Of a stretch of 64,000 nucleotides of DNA, positions 1 to 9,929 are shown in pieces. The translations under genes were made by a program, and so were the position numbers. Every line of letters starts with the position of its first letter. The first letter of the stretch is position 1. The notes under the pieces are model-generated. The model was not told the origin of the DNA and did not search any database. It saw only the letters and a list, made by a program, of their open reading frames with translations. This stretch comes from an uncultured delta proteobacterium. Lineage in GTDB: Bacteria > Desulfobacterota > Binatia > UBA9968. The stretch is taken from the NCBI GenBank assembly GCA_963840855.1, contig CAWJBB010000027.1, positions 64,001 through 128,000 of the forward strand, written 5' to 3'.

Positions 1-1318
1 CGTAGAGCACCAGTGGCGGCCGCGTGTAAGCAATGAATAAACCCACGGCCAAAACGATACCTGGAATCACCAGCGGCGCCAGAGCGAAGAACGTCAGATA
101 ACGCGCGCCGCGAAAAAGATTGCGGTTGGTGATATATGCGATCAGCGTCGCCATCAGAGTGCCGATGGTGGCGGTCAGTATTCCGAGTTTGAACGTATTG
201 TAGATCGCCCTCTGGGTGTCCCCATACTCAAAAAAGGCGAAGGAGAAATTTTTTAGCGTGAAGTTGTCCCAGGTCAAGGGCAGCGCCCATGCCTTGGAAA
301 GCGCGGCCTTGAGCAAAATCCAGTAAGGCAAGAAGACCGAAAGCGAAAGTATCCCCAACACCAGAAACATTACGGGCAGACGGCCCCAGCTCAACTTGAG
401 CAAACGTTTTTGCCCGCCCTTGCCGCCGACGGTGCTGAAGCCGCGCCGCCCGAGAATTTTTTTCTGCGCGCCGATCAAGACCATCGTCGCCAAGAGCAAA
501 GGCACGGAAAAGGCGGCCGCCAGGTCGAGCCGCGGCGGATATTGAAACAGCGCCCAGATCTGCGTCGTGATCGTGTGTATGCCCGCCGGCAAGCCGAGAA
601 TCGCCGGCGCGCCGAACAAGGACAACGAGTGCAGAAAGGCGAGGATGAATCCGCCGATCAACGCCGGCAGCGCCAGGGGTAGCGTGACGGTCCAAGCTAT
701 ACGCCATTTGTTCGCACCGAGAATCTCCGCAGCATCTTCCAGATCCGACGAGATCAGCTCACAGACGTTGGCGACCATCGAAAACACATAGGGAAAACTA
801 TAGAGCGCCATAACAAAGATCAGCCCCGGCATAGTGAAGATGTTAAAGAGCGCGTCTTCCGCACCCGTTAACGAACGGTAAAACTTGTTCAGCGCTCCGG
901 CGTTCGGTCCAGCGAGCAGCGTCCAGGCGAAGGCGCCCAAAAACGGGGGCGTAACGAAGGAGGCCATGACCAAAGCGCGGATGGGCTTTTTCCAGGGCAT
1001 ATCCGTGCGCGTCACCAGCCAGGCCAGCAGCGCGCCGAGAACCACGGAAATAACGCCCACCCAGAAGGAGATAACGACGGTATTCCAGATCGCTTTCAAA
1101 AAAGCTGCGTTGGTGAAAACTTCAAGGTAGCGGCCCAGGCTAAAGCCGCTCTGATCCCACAGGCTGGCGCGGAAGATCGAACCTAATGGGAAAAGCATCA
1201 AAAAAACGAGAAACAGCGCCGCGCCGATCCAAACCGGCAAGGTCGGGTCCTTGAACCGAGGCATGGACCAGCTCTGGTTTGCAGTCTTGGCGATGGACTC
1301 GGTTACGGTAACGGGCAT
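1..1318 (-). CDS. ABC transporter permease (FbpB/iron(III)-type), 3' truncated by window edge, with frameshifts
   Basis: Manual translation MPVTVTES...DPTLPVWIGAALFLV, then hydrophobic helices and an EAA-like DLEDAAEILG segment. Frame breaks include the A-run at ~1199-1207. Lies directly downstream of a substrate-binding protein gene. Confidence 0.8.
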   Translation of the reverse strand, partial: MPVTVTESIAKTANQSWSMPRFKDPTLPVWIGAALFLVFLMLFPLGSIFRASLWDQSGFSLGRYLEVFTNAAFLKAIWNTVVISFWVGVISVVLGALLAWLVTRTDMPWKKPIRALVMASFVTPPFLGAFAWTLLAGPNAGALNKFYRSLTGAEDALFNIFTMPGLIFVMALYSFPYVFSMVANVCELISSDLEDAAEILGANKWRIAWTVTLPLALPALIGGFILAFLHSLSLFGAPAILGLPAGIHTITTQIWALFQYPPRLDLAAAFSVPLLLATMVLIGAQKKILGRRGFSTVGGKGGQKRLLKLSWGRLPVMFLVLGILSLSVFLPYWILLKAALSKAWALPLTWDNFTLKNFSFAFFEYGDTQRAIYNTFKLGILTATIGTLMATLIAYITNRNLFRGARYLTFFALAPLVIPGIVLAVGLFIAYTRPPLVLY

Positions 1319-1340
1319 GGTATGATATCGCCAAGCTATC

Positions 1341-2366
1341 TTACGCGCCGAAAAATTCGACGAAACGTTTTCTGATTTCTGCGTTGCGCTTTTCCAATTC
1401 GTCGGCGTCCGCAGGTAGGAGCTTCAACTCCTTGAGCTTAGGTTTGTCCGCGGGATAGGTCACCTCAGGATGGCCGGTGTAGAGTCCCTCTTTGTCGGCC
1501 AACAATTGCTGTGACTCTTTGGCAAAGATAAACTCGGTGAAGAGTTTCGCTGCGTTGGGGTGCGGCGCGTCTTTCGCGATGGCCACCGGCGAAACCACCA
1601 ATGGCACGCCCTCTTTGGGATAGATAATCTTGATCGGGTTCCCCTGCTTCAGCGTTTTGTAGTAGTAATACTCGGCGCCGTTTACTCCCACCGGCCGCTC
1701 GCCCGAAGCGACGACGCCAGCCGGATCGTTGGCTGACTGCACCAGATGCAATTTGTTTTTCGCGAGATCGCGAAAGTAGTCCCAACCATATTGATTCACC
1801 AGCGCCAGCACATGGGTCATGATGATGCCGCTGTAGCCTGGATGGGCTGTGACCAGCCTGCCACTCCACTTGGGATTCAAAAGATCCTTCCAGGTTTTCG
1901 GCGCGTCCTTTTCGGAAACGATTTTCGGATTGTGCGCAATCACCGAAAGCGTCGCCCGCATGCCGTAGTAAAAGCCGGCCTTGTCCTTGAAGCCGTCGGG
2001 AAAACTGGCCACGCCCTGGGGCGTGAATTTCAGCAGCAAATCTTTATCCTTGAGCAGCTCGAAATGGCCGGCATCCGAGGTATGAACGATGTCGGCATTC
2101 TTTATACCCGCCGCCGTTTCCTGCATGAATCTTTGCAGCACACGCTGTGAGCCGTTGCGGTGCACTTCCACCTCGATGCCTTTGTACTTGTTCTGGAAGT
2201 AATGGGCGATGGCGGTGGAAGACGGCAACGCTAGGGAAGTATGCCAAACCACCTTGCCCTCTTTTCGCGCCGCCTGAATCAGGGCGGCGTCCTGGGCCAT
2301 CGCCGCCGACGCCGCCGTGACGCACAGGACGAACAATAAAAACCCGATGTTTTTTCTCATTGTCAT
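1341..2366 (-). CDS. ABC transporter substrate-binding protein (Fe3+/AfuA-like)
   Basis: Signal peptide; AARKEGKVVW, PKTWKDLLNPKWSG and APHPNAAKLF motifs. Confidence 0.85.
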   Translation of the reverse strand: MTMRKNIGFLLFVLCVTAASAAMAQDAALIQAARKEGKVVWHTSLALPSSTAIAHYFQNKYKGIEVEVHRNGSQRVLQRFMQETAAGIKNADIVHTSDAGHFELLKDKDLLLKFTPQGVASFPDGFKDKAGFYYGMRATLSVIAHNPKIVSEKDAPKTWKDLLNPKWSGRLVTAHPGYSGIIMTHVLALVNQYGWDYFRDLAKNKLHLVQSANDPAGVVASGERPVGVNGAEYYYYKTLKQGNPIKIIYPKEGVPLVVSPVAIAKDAPHPNAAKLFTEFIFAKESQQLLADKEGLYTGHPEVTYPADKPKLKELKLLPADADELEKRNAEIRKRFVEFFGA

Positions 2367-2394
2367 GACCTCCTTGTAATTCCCTCGCCCATGT

Positions 2395-3768
2395 TCACAT
2401 GGGACTCAAAAGCTTAGAGAGCATGTCTATAGAAGAAAGGTGCTCCAACCGCCGCACTGAGTCAAGGATGGCTTCAACCCTCTCCGCCGTCAACGCGAGC
2501 CGAGCATTGGCGCGAAACTTCTCTTCGATTTCTGCCGGTGCCAATGGGTCTTCCAATCCTCCCCGAGGATAGGGCTGATTCTCTTCCAGAACGGTCCCGT
2601 CGTCGAGGAAAATTTTCACATGGCCGGAAAAATGGCGCGGATAATCGATGGTCGGATCGAGCTCGTAGCGAACTTTATTCGCCAGAGCGAGAAGCTGAGC
2701 GTCGTGGATTGCCTCCTCCGAGAATTCGCCGAGGCCCGCTTTGCCCCGAATGAGCATCACGGCAATGCTGTAAGGCAAACTAAATTTGGCGCCGTAGGAA
2801 CTTGTTGGCCGCTGCTTATCGGCGAGAGGCTCCCAAAGCCGGTGCACCGGCCCTTCCGCCGTGCGGCAGACAACTTCGGTGATCTTTTCCGGCGCGGGAC
2901 CGTATCTCTGTTTAAGCTTTAGAGCACAGTCCATATACGGGTGTGATATCGAGCCGCATGGGTAGGACTTGAAAGCGAGCCGCGGTATCTCCCATTCTTT
3001 GCCCAATTCCAACAGCTTCTCGAAGCGGTACTCACCGGCGCCGCCGAAACAATGATAAAATCCGTGGGTGCCTTCGAAAACCTTCGCGGGTCCGCGAAAG
3101 CCTTCCTTGGCGAGTAAGGTTGCAATCACCCCGCCGTGAGCCGACCAACCAGGGTGTAAACGCTTGGTCCACGTGCCATCGGCGAGATATTCGATGATGC
3201 CGGAGCTTTGGCTGCCGCACAGGCCGAAAGCATCGACCCATTGATCGAGCGCAAGACCATAGAGTTTACCCGCCGCGGCCGCGGCGCCGAAGGTCGAACA
3301 GAGCGCTGTCGGGTGAAAACCTCGGGCATGAAATTTTCCCGGCGCTACCAGGCCGACCTTGCACATCACTTCCGTGCCGGCGATAGCAGCTTCGAGAATC
3401 GCTTTGCCGCTGGCCCCTACTTCTTCGCCGGCAGCCAACGCGGTGGTCGCGGCGACGCACCCGGTGTGCACGATGGCCTCCTCCAAGGTATCGTCATAAT
3501 CGAGACCATGAGCCAGTGTGCCATTGGCGAGCACCGCGTTGGCGCCGGCCACTTTGATCGGTGTACCGATCAGGCGGCTCTGCGCCGCGCCGCCAAGCTT
3601 TTTTGCGACGTTCAAAACCATAGCGCCAAAATCCATGGTTGACGACGCCAGGGCGATGCCCAGGGTGTCGAGAAAAACCAGCTTGGCTTTATCGGTCACA
3701 GCCGGCGGCACTTGAGTAAGGTCAAGGCCGCGGACAAAATTTCCTATCGCTTGCGAGTACGGCTCCAT
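2395..3768 (-). CDS. MmgE/PrpD family protein
   Basis: NGTLAHGLDYDD, GFHPT, KRLHPG, FKSYPCG, KFSLPY motifs; 457 aa. Confidence 0.9.
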   Translation of the reverse strand: MEPYSQAIGNFVRGLDLTQVPPAVTDKAKLVFLDTLGIALASSTMDFGAMVLNVAKKLGGAAQSRLIGTPIKVAGANAVLANGTLAHGLDYDDTLEEAIVHTGCVAATTALAAGEEVGASGKAILEAAIAGTEVMCKVGLVAPGKFHARGFHPTALCSTFGAAAAAGKLYGLALDQWVDAFGLCGSQSSGIIEYLADGTWTKRLHPGWSAHGGVIATLLAKEGFRGPAKVFEGTHGFYHCFGGAGEYRFEKLLELGKEWEIPRLAFKSYPCGSISHPYMDCALKLKQRYGPAPEKITEVVCRTAEGPVHRLWEPLADKQRPTSSYGAKFSLPYSIAVMLIRGKAGLGEFSEEAIHDAQLLALANKVRYELDPTIDYPRHFSGHVKIFLDDGTVLEENQPYPRGGLEDPLAPAEIEEKFRANARLALTAERVEAILDSVRRLEHLSSIDMLSKLLSPM

Positions 3769-4351
3769 TGTTTGCTCCCGAGTTTGCGGCGCTGAGATTT
3801 TGCCGCGCGTTTTTCTTTGCCGCCCGCAAGCGCGCGCAGGAGCGGCGCCAAGCTTCTTAGCTCCGGCAACCGGCCCACGAGCCGGACCACTTCCTCCGTG
3901 CTTTTGCGCGGCAGCACGAGCGCCGCGCAGTCGCGAAACTTCTCGCTCAATTCAGCCCAACTCATGGGCTTTTGCGGATGGCCGCGGGCGACATCCGAGC
4001 GGCCTTCTATGACTTTACCGTCTTTGAGCTTGATGCGAATTTTCGAGCGCACCTGATCGTAGCCGAGAGATTCCATCTCGTCATCGACATAGAGCGTGAT
4101 ACGCTTCATCAGCTCGACGACCCTGCGCTCGCGCACTTTTTATAGGCGGTTCCCAAAACACTAACTTCTTGCCGACCACCCATCCGGCGGGTATGATTCA
4201 AGATAATCTGCGTGCCCTCTTCGGTCTGACCGGCCAGCGCCACGCCCAATCCGTCAAGCACGAATCCTTGCGCCAAACGGATGACCTCCAGCGGTATGTC
4301 CCGGTAGCGCGTCTTGGCGACGTAGTTGGCGATTTCCGCGGTAAGACCCAT
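3744..4351 (-). pseudogene. MmgE/PrpD family gene with a large internal deletion
   Basis: N-terminus (MGLTAEIANYV...LDGLGVALAG) joined out of frame at ~4137-4141 to the C-terminus (RGHPQKPMSWAELSEKFRDC). About 200 codons remain versus 457 in the neighbouring paralog. Confidence 0.75.
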
Positions 4352-4423
4352 AAAGCTTTTCTGCAATGAAGCTACAATTTAGGCGTCAATATCATGAACC
4401 CGAAGCAACTGTCGAACCTATTG

Positions 4424-4453
4424 TTGACATACGCTGGAGGCATGCGCTAGGTT
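4424..4453 (+). promoter_or_regulatory. Putative sigma70 promoter for the riboswitch leader
   Basis: TTGACA (4424-4429), 18-nt spacer, TAGGTT (4448-4453), just upstream of the aptamer. Confidence 0.4.
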
Positions 4454-4475
4454 GAACAGTGTCATAGCGTCTGGA

Positions 4476-4588
4476 CACCTTATCCAGAGTGGTGGAGGGA
4501 TCGGCCCTTCGAAGCCACAGCAACCGGTTCCATGTAATGGATCCTGGTGCTAAATCCCACCCCCGCCCGGCGGGGGGAAGATAAGGTG
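4476..4588 (+). ncRNA. SAM-I (S-box) riboswitch
   Basis: P1 CACCTTATC/GATAAGGTG; ATCCAGAG-TGGTGGAGGGA; GGCCC-GAAGCC; CAGCAACC; GGTGCTAAATCC; GGAAGAT, all matching the SAM-I consensus. Confidence 0.95.
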
Positions 4589-4601
4589 AGGTTGAGAATC
4601 G

Positions 4602-4635
4602 ACCTCTTCTTATCTTCGGGGAGAGGTTTTTTTTT
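4602..4635 (+). terminator. Riboswitch-controlled intrinsic terminator
   Basis: ACCTCTTC...GGAGAGGT stem followed by a long T tract. CTTATCTTC (4609-4617) is complementary to GAAGATAAG (4577-4585), giving the antiterminator. Confidence 0.85.
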
Positions 4636-4650
4636 GCTGACGATTGAACC

Positions 4651-5427
4651 ATGAGCATCCGTCTGACTACCGAAGAGATCGAACGCTACAGCCGGCAAAT
4701 TTTGGTGCCGGATCTAGGCGGCAAAGGGCAAATCCGCCTGCGCCAAGGGCGAGTATTGGTGATCGGCGCCGGCGGGTTGGGATCGCCTGCGGCATTTTAT
4801 CTCGCGGCGGCGGGCGTCGGCACTTTGGGCCTGATCGACCCGGATCAGGTTGAGCTTTCCAACTTGCAGCGGCAAATTCTTCATGGCACGGCGGACATCG
4901 GGCGCAAAAAAGTGGAATCGGCGCAAGCAAGACTGACGGAGCTAAACCCGGGGGTGACCATCGTCAGCCAAGCGGTGCGGCTGGAAGCAAACAACGCCGC
5001 GGAAATTTTTAGCGATTACGATTTCATCGTCGATGGCAGCGATAATTTTGATACAAAGTTTTTGGTCAACGACACTGCCGTAGCGCTGGGCATTGCTTTT
5101 TCCCACGCGGGGATCGTGCGCCTGCAAGGTCAAGCGATGACGGTGATTCCCCACAGGAGCGCTTGCTATCGCTGTTTCTTTAAAGATCCGCCACCGCCGG
5201 AAGAGCTTTTGAGCTGCCAGCAGGCGGGCATTCTCGGCGCGGTTGCCGGCACCATCGGTTCCATTCAGGCCACCGAGGCGATTAAATTTCTCGCCGGCTT
5301 CGAAGAAGGCTTGCTCACGGACCGGCTGCTGACCTACGACGCGCGGGCGATGAAGTTTCATACCGTCGAGGTCAGAAGAGACCCCGAGTGCAGTGCGTGC
5401 GGCGCGGCAAACGCCTCGACCGGTTAA
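4651..5427 (+). CDS. moeB: MoeB/ThiF family sulfur-carrier adenylyltransferase
   Basis: RYSRQ, GAGGLGS, SNLQRQ, CYRC and CSAC zinc motifs; no rhodanese domain. Confidence 0.9.
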   Translation: MSIRLTTEEIERYSRQILVPDLGGKGQIRLRQGRVLVIGAGGLGSPAAFYLAAAGVGTLGLIDPDQVELSNLQRQILHGTADIGRKKVESAQARLTELNPGVTIVSQAVRLEANNAAEIFSDYDFIVDGSDNFDTKFLVNDTAVALGIAFSHAGIVRLQGQAMTVIPHRSACYRCFFKDPPPPEELLSCQQAGILGAVAGTIGSIQATEAIKFLAGFEEGLLTDRLLTYDARAMKFHTVEVRRDPECSACGAANASTG

Positions 5428-5609
5428 ACAGAGAGGAAATTTGGACTCGGTCAATCATCCGACAATCCGCCGGTGAATGCCATGGCCGCTGCATCTTAAA
5501 GCCGGTATGGAGCGGTCGGTGACGCCAAACCGCCGCCTTGAAAGGCTTTGGATGAAGGGCTATTTTAAACCGCAACTGGTAAGGGTAATTCATATCGAGG
5601 AGGCAACTT

Positions 5610-5888
5610 ATGTCCGTGCGAGTACGGGTACCGACGCCCTTGCGCAAGTTCACGCAAGGCGCCGATGAAGTCAATGCGCAGGGCAGCACTATGCGCGCGT
5701 TAATGGACGATCTGGAACAAAACTACCCTGGGATCAAAGAACGCATCTGCGACGAGACCGGCAAGGTGCGCCGCTTCGTCAACGTATACGTCAACGGCGA
5801 TGACATCCGCTTTCTGCAGAATCTCGAAACCAGCCTGAAAGACGGCGACAATATTTCCATCGTCCCGGCCATCGCCGGAGGATCATAG
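5610..5888 (+). CDS. MoaD/ThiS/CysO-type ubiquitin-like sulfur carrier
   Basis: RVPTPLR, RRFVNVYVNGDDIRFL, C-terminal PAIAGGS. Confidence 0.9.
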   Translation: MSVRVRVPTPLRKFTQGADEVNAQGSTMRALMDDLEQNYPGIKERICDETGKVRRFVNVYVNGDDIRFLQNLETSLKDGDNISIVPAIAGGS

Positions 5889-5901
5889 AAAGCAAAGGGT
5901 C

Positions 5902-6903
5902 ATGGCCGTCAGTTCACCTAACTTGCGATTGATTACGGCGCCGCCCCTGGAGCAAAAAAAAGTCGACTCGGTGCTCGACTTGATTGGCGACACACCGTTG
6001 TTGCAAATCCGCGCCCTAGCCGAAGGCCTCCCCGCGAGGGTGCGCGTTTTCGCCAAGCTCGAAGGCTTCAATCCAGGCGGTTCGGTCAAGGACCGGCCCG
6101 CTTGGCGCATGATCCAGGAAGGATTGCGCACCGGTAAACTGCGTCCTGGCAAGACGATACTAGACTCCACTTCCGGTAATACCGGCATCGCTCTGGCGCT
6201 CATCGGCCGGGTCTTGGAGTATCCCGTGGAGTTGGTGGTGCCCGCTAACGTCAGCATGGAGCGCAAACATATACTGCAGGCCTACGGCGCCAATGTAGTT
6301 TTCAGCGATCCCATGGAAGGCTCCGACGGCGCCATTCGTCTATGCCGCAAAATCATCGAAGAGAATCCGGAAAAATATTTCAAACCGGACCAATATTTTA
6401 ATCCCATGAATCCACAGGCCCATTACGAAACCACGGGTCCCGAGATCATGCGCCAGACCGATGGCAAGATCACTCACTTCGTCGCCGGCATCGGTACCGG
6501 CGGCACGATCATGGGCGCGGGCCGCTACCTGAAAGAAGCCAATCCGGCGATCCGGGTCATTGCCGTGGAACCCGACGACGCGCTGCACGGCCTCGAAGGT
6601 CTGAAGCATATGGCCAGCTCCATCGTTCCGGGCATTTATCACGAGGATGAACTGGACGAAAAAATCGCCGTCTCCACGGACGATGCCTATGCGATGGTTT
6701 ATCGCTTGAGCCAGGAAGAAGGGGTGCTGGTGGGACAATCATCCGGCGCCGCGCTGTACGCGACGTTAAAACTCGCGCGCAAACTAAAAGCGGGCACCCT
6801 GGTAACCATCTTTCCCGACTTCGGCGACAAGTACCTGAGCACCAATCTCTGGGTCGGATGGCGCGACCGCATGGCCGTTGGCAATCTCAAATTCTCGATA
6901 TAA
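5902..6903 (+). CDS. cysM: PLP-dependent cysteine synthase (CysM-type)
   Basis: NPGGSVKDR, STSGNTG, GIGTGGT, GQSSGA motifs. Confidence 0.85.
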   Translation: MAVSSPNLRLITAPPLEQKKVDSVLDLIGDTPLLQIRALAEGLPARVRVFAKLEGFNPGGSVKDRPAWRMIQEGLRTGKLRPGKTILDSTSGNTGIALALIGRVLEYPVELVVPANVSMERKHILQAYGANVVFSDPMEGSDGAIRLCRKIIEENPEKYFKPDQYFNPMNPQAHYETTGPEIMRQTDGKITHFVAGIGTGGTIMGAGRYLKEANPAIRVIAVEPDDALHGLEGLKHMASSIVPGIYHEDELDEKIAVSTDDAYAMVYRLSQEEGVLVGQSSGAALYATLKLARKLKAGTLVTIFPDFGDKYLSTNLWVGWRDRMAVGNLKFSI

Positions 6904-6929
6904 TCTTGGATGGCAACGAATCGCTAGGC

Positions 6930-6993
6930 GTTCGACGTCGAGCGTAAAAGGTTCGACGTTTAAGGTTTTAGATTCGAACTCGCGACCTCGAAC
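6930..6993. repeat. Inverted 7-nt periodic repeat hairpin (GTTCGAC-type)
   Basis: gttcgac gtcgagc gtaaaag gttcgac gtttaag gttttag / ttcgaac tcgcgac ctcgaac. Confidence 0.6.
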
Positions 6994-7007
6994 CCGTTAG
7001 TTGCGGT

Positions 7008-7469
7008 TCACTTTGCGGTCGCAGAAATCGACAGCACCAACACACCGCCCTCATGGGGCGGCCCGCCCAGGATGAAATTCCCGCCATTATTCAGGCGCAC
7101 GGTGGTCTCAAGCTGCGGCTTGTCGCCTTGTTTGAGCTGCACTCTCAGGCTGAGCTGGTTGTTGGTCACTTCTTGCGGCCGAACCGTAAGGACCCGTCCG
7201 CCCGGAATCTCGAAGTTAGCGTTGCCTTGCCAGCGCGCGGTCTGGGTTTCTTCTTTCAACAAACGGTAAGAGCGATAGTTCAATGCCTTGAGCTGTTTTT
7301 CCAAAGGCGCGAGACGCGGATCGAACTCGCTGTCTTGTTTACCAGCGGCGACCGTTTTGATTGTGATCTGGACCGATTGAAAACTTTTGTCGGCAGCATT
7401 TAAACTGAGTGCCGCCGAGCATAGAAAAAGATTAAAAAGCAGGGCCTTTATCGCTGGTTTCACCGGCAC
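7008..7469 (-). CDS. Exported hypothetical protein in the ECF sigma operon
   Basis: Signal peptide, beta-rich body, overlaps the anti-sigma 3' end. Confidence 0.65.
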   Translation of the reverse strand: MPVKPAIKALLFNLFLCSAALSLNAADKSFQSVQITIKTVAAGKQDSEFDPRLAPLEKQLKALNYRSYRLLKEETQTARWQGNANFEIPGGRVLTVRPQEVTNNQLSLRVQLKQGDKPQLETTVRLNNGGNFILGGPPHEGGVLVLSISATAK

Positions 7470-7974
7470 CCTCGCTTTCGTTATCTGGATTCTGATAGAG
7501 CCAGATCACCGTGGTTTTGCTCTCATGCTCGCGCAAAAGCGCAACGTTGCGCCCGTAGGCATCGATGGATTCGACGGTGGCGAAGTTATTGCGTGGGGCC
7601 AACACGCCCCAGCCGGGCAAGATAGACCCAAGGTACAGCGCCCCGATTAGCAACACGATAACCGCGGGCACCGCCCAGGCAAACGACGGCGCGCGAATAA
7701 ACGGGCCGGCCCATTCCGCCAAGTCGGCGTACCAGGGTCGCCTCGCCGCGATCCGTTGCCGCAGGCCGTGCCAAAAGGGCTGGGCGTCGAGGCGAAAATC
7801 CTCCGACTCAAAGACGTCCTTCATCACCCTATTGAGATTTTCCAACTGGCGCCGCTCCTCGCCGCAGATCAGACAAGTTTCCAAATGCAAGCGAACGGCG
7901 TCGGCTCTGGCACCGGATAGTTCGCCGTCAAGCCACGCGCCAATGGACTCTCTGATTTCCCCGCAGGTATTCAT
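7432..7974 (-). CDS. zf-HC2 anti-sigma factor with TM helix
   Basis: WLDGEL and HLETCLIC zinc motif, single TM; ATGA overlap with the sigma gene. Confidence 0.85.
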   Translation of the reverse strand: MNTCGEIRESIGAWLDGELSGARADAVRLHLETCLICGEERRQLENLNRVMKDVFESEDFRLDAQPFWHGLRQRIAARRPWYADLAEWAGPFIRAPSFAWAVPAVIVLLIGALYLGSILPGWGVLAPRNNFATVESIDAYGRNVALLREHESKTTVIWLYQNPDNESEGAGETSDKGPAF

Positions 7975-8558
7975 AGAAACGCTCTCAATTTTTCTTGTAA
8001 CTTTTTTCGCGCATAGTGGAGACGGCTCATCACCGTGCCTTCGGAACAACCCAACAGCTCCCCGATGTCCTTATAAGATAATCCCTCCAACGTCCTTAAG
8101 ACGATCACCGCCCGGTGCTCTGGCGTTAAATCGTTAATCGACTGAACCAATTTAACTCTTAATTCCTTGTCGTGAACGTCGGCAAACGGATCTTTAGCGA
8201 ACTCGTTGCGCTCTTCCATGACACCGTCCATCGATTCCCGAAAATCCAAAGGATTCCTCCTTTGTCGTCGCTGGGCGTCGATGGCGATATTGACCGCAAT
8301 CCGGTAAAGCCATGTATAAAAAGACGAACCGCCCTGAAAGCTCTTGATCTTACGATAGGCGCGAAAAAAGGTTTCCTGCGCGACTTCCAGCGCGTCTTCT
8401 CGGTTACGGAGCAGTCCCAGAATCACCATGAAGACTTTCTGTTGATACCGAGATACAAGCTCCTCAAAGGCACTCATATCCCCGGCTTGGCATTTCTGGA
8501 CCAATTCCCAGTCGCTTGCTTCGACCACAACAGGCCTGCCCCTTAGACGCCGTCCCAA
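7971..8558 (-). CDS. ECF (RpoE-like) sigma factor
   Basis: AQETFFRAY, SSFYTWLYRIAVN, GLSYKDIG...GTVMSRLHYAR. Confidence 0.92.
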   Translation of the reverse strand: MGRRLRGRPVVVEASDWELVQKCQAGDMSAFEELVSRYQQKVFMVILGLLRNREDALEVAQETFFRAYRKIKSFQGGSSFYTWLYRIAVNIAIDAQRRQRRNPLDFRESMDGVMEERNEFAKDPFADVHDKELRVKLVQSINDLTPEHRAVIVLRTLEGLSYKDIGELLGCSEGTVMSRLHYARKKLQEKLRAFL

Positions 8559-8683
8559 ATCGTTTATTCAGCTAACCGAAGAACTTATTGGCGAAATCTT
8601 GAAATTCTCGCGGATTACCATAAAATTGTCTTGATTTCATTAAAAATTTCCTCAAGGTTTCCATTAGTGTCAAGGGATTATTC

Positions 8684-9700
8684 ATGCTGGTCCAATGCCC
8701 GAAATGCAAGACGACTTATAGAGTTTCCGACGAAGTGGTCAAAGGAGCGGCGCCGTCGTTTCGTTGCTCGCGCTGCAAGCATACCTTCGAAGTCGAAGCC
8801 CAACCGGAAAGCGCCACGGATGTTTCAAATCCCGGCGCGGATAAATCTAGGGAAAATCCCGAACTGGCTTTTAGCTTTGAGCCGGCCACGCGGTCGGAGC
8901 CGGAATTACCGCGCGAAGACTCTCCCCGAGAGACCAACAGCTCAAGGGACCCAAAGCTGACCGCCCTTGGCAAAACCGACTGGCAGTTTAAGGAGGCCGC
9001 TGGCAGCGGTGAGGATGCAGCATCCTTCACCATCGCTGCTACCAGCGCGGCAGCGAAAGATGATATACCGGCACGGCCAAGCGTGGAGAAAGAGTCCTAC
9101 CAAATTTCTTCCCTTGCGCGAGAAACCAACGATAACGTCTTGATCATCGAACCCTATCGCGACCAACCCGCCTCGGTCACGCCTTTTCTGACCCTTTTCG
9201 GCTTGCTCGTCGTTCTATTTGCTTTCGTGCTGGCATATCAAAAAACCCACCCTGCCGCTTCGGAAGAGTGGGTGCGCAGCATCCCTCTCCTGGGGCACTC
9301 GGTAGTGCGGAATGACCACGTGAAAAACGGCGTCGTGCTCAAATCCATCGAAACAAAATACCAGAGCTTGCAGGGAAATCGCGACGTCGTGGTGCTTACC
9401 GGCATCGCGGTGAATCAGAATCCGGTGATGATCCGCAATGTCCAGCTTGCGGGGCAGCTCTACGATCACGAGGGCAGAGAAATCGAGCGCCAGACGATGT
9501 GGATCGGCAATGCCATTTCGTCGCAGATCATTCGCGGAATGACCGCCCAAGACATCGCTGATCTCCAACGCTTAAAGCCATTGAAAACTTTTGAAATTCC
9601 ATCTGGAGATTCCGTGCCCTTCGCCATCGTCTTTCTGCGCACGGGCAAACCGGTTAAGGACGCGCGCTGCGAAGTGCTGTCGGCGGAGGGGGACGCCTAG
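8684..9700 (+). CDS. MJ0042-type zinc-ribbon / DUF3426-like membrane protein
   Basis: CPKC...CSRC at the N-terminus, disordered linker, TM helix, C-terminal beta domain. Confidence 0.8.
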   Translation: MLVQCPKCKTTYRVSDEVVKGAAPSFRCSRCKHTFEVEAQPESATDVSNPGADKSRENPELAFSFEPATRSEPELPREDSPRETNSSRDPKLTALGKTDWQFKEAAGSGEDAASFTIAATSAAAKDDIPARPSVEKESYQISSLARETNDNVLIIEPYRDQPASVTPFLTLFGLLVVLFAFVLAYQKTHPAASEEWVRSIPLLGHSVVRNDHVKNGVVLKSIETKYQSLQGNRDVVVLTGIAVNQNPVMIRNVQLAGQLYDHEGREIERQTMWIGNAISSQIIRGMTAQDIADLQRLKPLKTFEIPSGDSVPFAIVFLRTGKPVKDARCEVLSAEGDA

Positions 9701-9717
9701 AGGCATTATTTTGAAGG

Positions 9718-9909
9718 CTACTTTCCATCGGGGCGATTTTTCGACTGATCCGGCGGCGTGATATCGATTTCATCGGGCTCGCGCAGGGCTTTTTTGAATT
9801 TTCTGATGGCAGATCCGAAACTTCCACCGATATCGGGCAAGCGGCGGTTAAAAAACAGGATCACGACGGCCAGTATTATCAACAACTCTCCGAGACCTAA
9901 GCCAAACAT
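9718..9909 (-). CDS. tatA: Twin-arginine translocase TatA/E subunit
   Basis: MFGLGLGELLIILAVVILFF...RLPDIGGSFGSAIRKFKK. Confidence 0.85.
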   Translation of the reverse strand: MFGLGLGELLIILAVVILFFNRRLPDIGGSFGSAIRKFKKALREPDEIDITPPDQSKNRPDGK

Positions 9910-9929
9910 CTCTGCTCCTTCCGCGGTTA

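Noticed and set aside
5428-5609. Small ORF or thrC/mec remnant between moeB and the sulfur carrier
   Set aside because: No recognisable motifs, and the ORF overlaps the carrier gene
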